Assembly: GCA_004524445.1 (NCBI GenBank) | Contig: SDNP01000010.1 | Span: forward strand, 1 to 64,000 | Direction: 5' to 3' | Length of the DNA stretch: 64,000 bases | Origin: Candidatus Thorarchaeota archaeon | GTDB taxonomy: Archaea > Asgardarchaeota > Thorarchaeia > Thorarchaeales > Thorarchaeaceae | In this document: in pieces, positions 61,098 through 64,000 of the stretch | Layout of the letters: each line of letters begins with the position of its first letter | Numbering within the stretch: the stretch's first letter is position 1 | Made by a program: the position numbers and the translations under genes | The notes under the pieces: model-generated | Told to the model about the DNA's origin: nothing | Database searches by the model: none | The model's input: the letters and a program-made list of their open reading frames with translations, nothing else

Positions 61098-61742
61098 ATG
61101 GTAGTAGAGATGGATCAAGAAACACAAGCGCAGGTTAAGACCCTTTTTGCACCTCTTGATAGTGATGTCAAGATACACCTTTTTGTGAAGGAGCACGAGT
61201 GCCTGTATTGCGGCGACACGCGAACACTTGCCGAAAAAGTAGCAGAATTGTCTGATAAAGTTCAAGTCGCGGAACACCATGATGAGCCAGGAAAGGGTAA
61301 GGCTGGTGAATTTGGAGTTCAAAGAGTACCTGCTATAGTTTTGGAGGGGAAGGAACCATACAAAGTCCGATTCTACGGAATTCCCGCAGGACATGAATTC
61401 GGAGCATTGATTGCCGGTATTATCGCGGTTTCGACTGCAGAGATTCCGTTGGACGGAGCCATCATTGAGGATATCAAAGACATTGATGAACCCGTTCATA
61501 TTCAGGTCTTCACGACACCTCAATGCCCGTACTGCCCAGATATGGTGAAGTTAGCTCACTACGCTGCAATACTGAATCCGAACATAGAGTCGGACATGGT
61601 TGAGTCTCTAGAGTTCCAGGATGTTGCCAAGAAATATGAGGTATTTGGTGTTCCAAAGACAATAATCAATGAGAATACCGCTATCGAAGGACTAGCATCG
61701 CCGGACCTCTTCGTAGATAAGCTATATGAAGCAATAGGATAG
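61098..61742 (+). CDS. Protein disulfide oxidoreductase (two-Trx-fold PDO)
   Basis: CLYC, GIPAGHEF, CPYC, VPKT. Confidence 0.92.
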   Translation: MVVEMDQETQAQVKTLFAPLDSDVKIHLFVKEHECLYCGDTRTLAEKVAELSDKVQVAEHHDEPGKGKAGEFGVQRVPAIVLEGKEPYKVRFYGIPAGHEFGALIAGIIAVSTAEIPLDGAIIEDIKDIDEPVHIQVFTTPQCPYCPDMVKLAHYAAILNPNIESDMVESLEFQDVAKKYEVFGVPKTIINENTAIEGLASPDLFVDKLYEAIG

Positions 61743-61769
61743 AGTATGACGCTCTACTGACGTGATATT

Positions 61770-62060
61770 ATGGTGCATTCCTCTGTTATTATTCTGAGAC
61801 CAGCTCCATCGTATGGAAGTGGAGATTCAGACAAAATAGTCTCAGACCACTTCAACTATCTCAAACAGCTGCATTCGGAAGGTCTAGTGAAGATGGCGGG
61901 TCGATTTTCAGACGTGTTGTTTGGTCTCGTCATACTTGAAACAGAAACGCTTGAGGAAGCCAGAGATATTATGAATAATGACCCCGCCGTCAAAGGAAGA
62001 GTTTTCCACGCGGAACTCTATTCCTGGAGTGTTGCAATAGGAGAGTTCGAAAAGGGTTGA
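61770..62060 (+). CDS. YciI family protein
   Basis: HFNYL, AGRF, EEA..IMNNDP. Confidence 0.8.
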   Translation: MVHSSVIILRPAPSYGSGDSDKIVSDHFNYLKQLHSEGLVKMAGRFSDVLFGLVILETETLEEARDIMNNDPAVKGRVFHAELYSWSVAIGEFEKG

Positions 62061-62105
62061 TTTTTTGACCTCCAAATCAACCTTAAAATGACATATCCAG
62101 CTAGA

Positions 62106-63113
62106 TTACCGAGTGATAATGTCTTCATCCGTAGTTTCTGCCATTTCTTTGGTTGAAGTGGGTTCGAATTCACCCTCTTCAAGCTGTTGACAAGTAAAGA
62201 CGAATTCATTCTCATTCACATATCGATAGGCCTGATAGGCGGCATGCACACCTTCGGCAACTCCCGTGATAGCCTGTTTGAATTCGCTATCAACAACATC
62301 TCCTGCAGCAAATACACCAGGAACGTTGGTTCGGCTCGAGCGGTCAATCATTATCTCCCTTTTCACATTGACCTCAACCCCTAGTTCTTGAGCCAGATCG
62401 GATTGAGGAATGCCACCAATAGCAACGAAGATACCATCCAGCTCAAGTGCGTCACTACCGTTTTGTGGGTTGTCCAGCTTTACTCCTTCAACTCTGTTCT
62501 CACCAAGAATCTCCACGACATTTGTATTTGTAATGACCTCTATCTTGTCTTCCTTGGTGATCCTTCTTTGATTTACAGGCTCAGGTCTGATTTTGTTGCC
62601 GCGATAAATGATGTAAACCTTGGGACAATATTTTGCAAGTAATAATGCCTCCTTTGCGGCGCTATCACTACCGCCGACAACAGCAACTGTCTTTCCTTTG
62701 AAAAGAGGTGCATCGCAGAGAGCGCAGTAACTCACGCCTCGGTTTTTCAAACGATCGTGCCCTGGTACCTCAAGTTCCCGTTCTTCCATTCCCGTGGCAA
62801 TAAGCACAGTTTTTGCAAGGTAGGTCTTACTATCAGTTACAACATAGAAGAACCCTTGCTTATCCCGGAAGATTTTCTCAACCATGTCAATGTCGATATG
62901 AACAGGATAATCCAGCGTATGCACCTTGATCTTGTCTGCTAGCTCCTGTCCCGTCAGCTGAATAAACCCAGGATAGTTGGCTACATCATCAGTAAGAGTG
63001 ATGGTGCCACCATCAACATCCCCAATCACAGCTGTCGATAGGTCGAGCCTAGCAGCATACATTGCGGCTCCATATCCCGTAACACCCGAGCCCACTACTA
63101 CTAAATCGTACAT
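62106..63113 (-). CDS. trxB: Thioredoxin reductase
   Basis: GVSYCALCD, GGSDSA, GVFAAGD, QAIT. Confidence 0.9.
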   Translation of the reverse strand: MYDLVVVGSGVTGYGAAMYAARLDLSTAVIGDVDGGTITLTDDVANYPGFIQLTGQELADKIKVHTLDYPVHIDIDMVEKIFRDKQGFFYVVTDSKTYLAKTVLIATGMEERELEVPGHDRLKNRGVSYCALCDAPLFKGKTVAVVGGSDSAAKEALLLAKYCPKVYIIYRGNKIRPEPVNQRRITKEDKIEVITNTNVVEILGENRVEGVKLDNPQNGSDALELDGIFVAIGGIPQSDLAQELGVEVNVKREIMIDRSSRTNVPGVFAAGDVVDSEFKQAITGVAEGVHAAYQAYRYVNENEFVFTCQQLEEGEFEPTSTKEMAETTDEDIITR

Positions 63114-63117
63114 TGCA

Positions 63118-63360
63118 TCAGTCCCTCATCTTTCTTTTGATTCTTCTCTCAGTGCGACGATCAAATCCGATGAAGAAATCATCACCAATCGCCGTTACTG
63201 GTACTGCCTTCTGTTTGGTTAGGTTGAATAGCTCTTGCAAAGTCTCGGGATTTGTGAGAATGCATTTTTCCTCGTAGGAGATATCTTGTTCATCGAGATA
63301 CTCCTTGAGCTTTTTCGAATGCGGGCATTGCGGAGCGGTATAGATTACTGCAGTTGGCAT
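63118..63360 (-). CDS. Glutaredoxin/NrdH-like protein (CPHS)
   Basis: YTAPQCPHS, VP, IGFD; ATG at 63360 with GAGG upstream; 4 nt from trxB. Confidence 0.8.
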   Translation of the reverse strand: MPTAVIYTAPQCPHSKKLKEYLDEQDISYEEKCILTNPETLQELFNLTKQKAVPVTAIGDDFFIGFDRRTERRIKRKMRD

Positions 63361-63574
63361 TATGTGGTGTCCTCTGTAAATTAACTCTCTTTCAAGCATA
63401 ATGATAGTCCACGCAATATAAATAATCAATTGGTGGCAATACCCCTCAGCTCTGACTACTCTTAAATGGTTTTGCAGGACTAGGCCTAGAGCCGTGTTTC
63501 TGATAGTTATGCCTATAGCCTTAAGTAGAGTATAGAGGTAATTTCCATGCTTTAAAGGCTAGGAGAAGAGCCAG

Positions 63575-64000
63575 ATGGATAAAGAAAAAACGTTGGAATT
63601 TATTGAAGAACAAGTAAAGCTCGAGCATCAAATAATCTCTCTTATTGAGTCCAATGTCGAGAAACTTGGAAATGCCTTTGTAAAGGTCATATTACTTGCG
63701 ATTTCACGAGATTCTAAGAAGCATGCTGAATTGCTAGGTGCCCTCAAGGAAGCGGTTACGGGCCCAACTCCATTCATCAGTGAAGAAGAACGAGATAAAA
63801 TAGCGAAAGGAATCGAGAAGCACATCGAGTTGGAGCAAAAGGCCATCGATACCTACGGCAAACTAGTAGAGTCCAGTGACAATCATCAAGTCATGACCAT
63901 CGCTTCCATCATCAAAGAAGACGAGATCAAGCATCATAACCTTCTGAAGGAGTTGCACAAGACAGTCATCTCTCCAGAAACTCTAACCGAAGACATGATA
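63575..64000 (+). CDS. Ferritin/rubrerythrin-like four-helix protein, 3'-truncated
   Basis: ATG 63575 open to the window end; E..LE...DSKKH and HIELE...DEIKHH duplicated helix pairs. Confidence 0.75.
   Translation, partial: MDKEKTLEFIEEQVKLEHQIISLIESNVEKLGNAFVKVILLAISRDSKKHAELLGALKEAVTGPTPFISEEERDKIAKGIEKHIELEQKAIDTYGKLVESSDNHQVMTIASIIKEDEIKHHNLLKELHKTVISPETLTEDMI

Noticed and set aside
7427-63360. Selenoproteins among Prx, ArsS, DsrE, PDO and Grx
   Set aside because: No in-frame TGA at catalytic positions; these codons are Cys or Ser
983-63846. Many short antisense or overlapping ORFs in the track
   Set aside because: Shadows of well-supported genes, with no motifs of their own
1-64000. 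tRNA, rRNA, SRP/RNase P RNA, IS elements, provirus
   Set aside because: No cloverleaf, conserved RNA signature, transposase, integrase or capsid motif was seen by eye; a covariance-model scan is needed to exclude them fully

Overview
Gene-dense 64-kb archaeal chromosomal window, most likely from an Asgard archaeon of the Thorarchaeota type. This is an inference from a single-domain gelsolin, a Rab-like GTPase plus a degenerate paralog, a 22-aa-period LRR protein, an EMC3/TMCO1 protein, SBBP surface proteins and frequent TTG/GTG starts. About 65 CDS are listed, mostly housekeeping: PfkA, CorA, CaCA, FetAB, Pcp, GGR, M32 peptidase, TrxB/PDO/Grx and DsrEFH. Accessory modules include an arsenosugar-type arsS + two glycosyltransferase cluster, a MoxR/vWA pair, and two orphan receivers with a TPR protein. 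No rRNA, tRNA, CRISPR array or transposase was recognised. The most notable unexplained structure is non-coding DNA at 19.5-25.2 kb. It has nested inverted repeats and an ORB-like TTCCACTGGAA palindrome around an AT-rich core (24.65-25.1 kb), a second cluster of the same GTAAACG motif (22.25-22.42 kb), and a 1.3-kb ORF-free AT-rich block. Together these form a candidate replication origin or control region with no cdc6 in view. Other highlights: an unannotated 59-aa cysteine-string tail-anchored protein, a HEAT-repeat protein with an MCM-like winged helix next to a PIP-box-like protein, and several apparent pseudo-enzymes. All calls come from reading motifs by eye; no searches were run.
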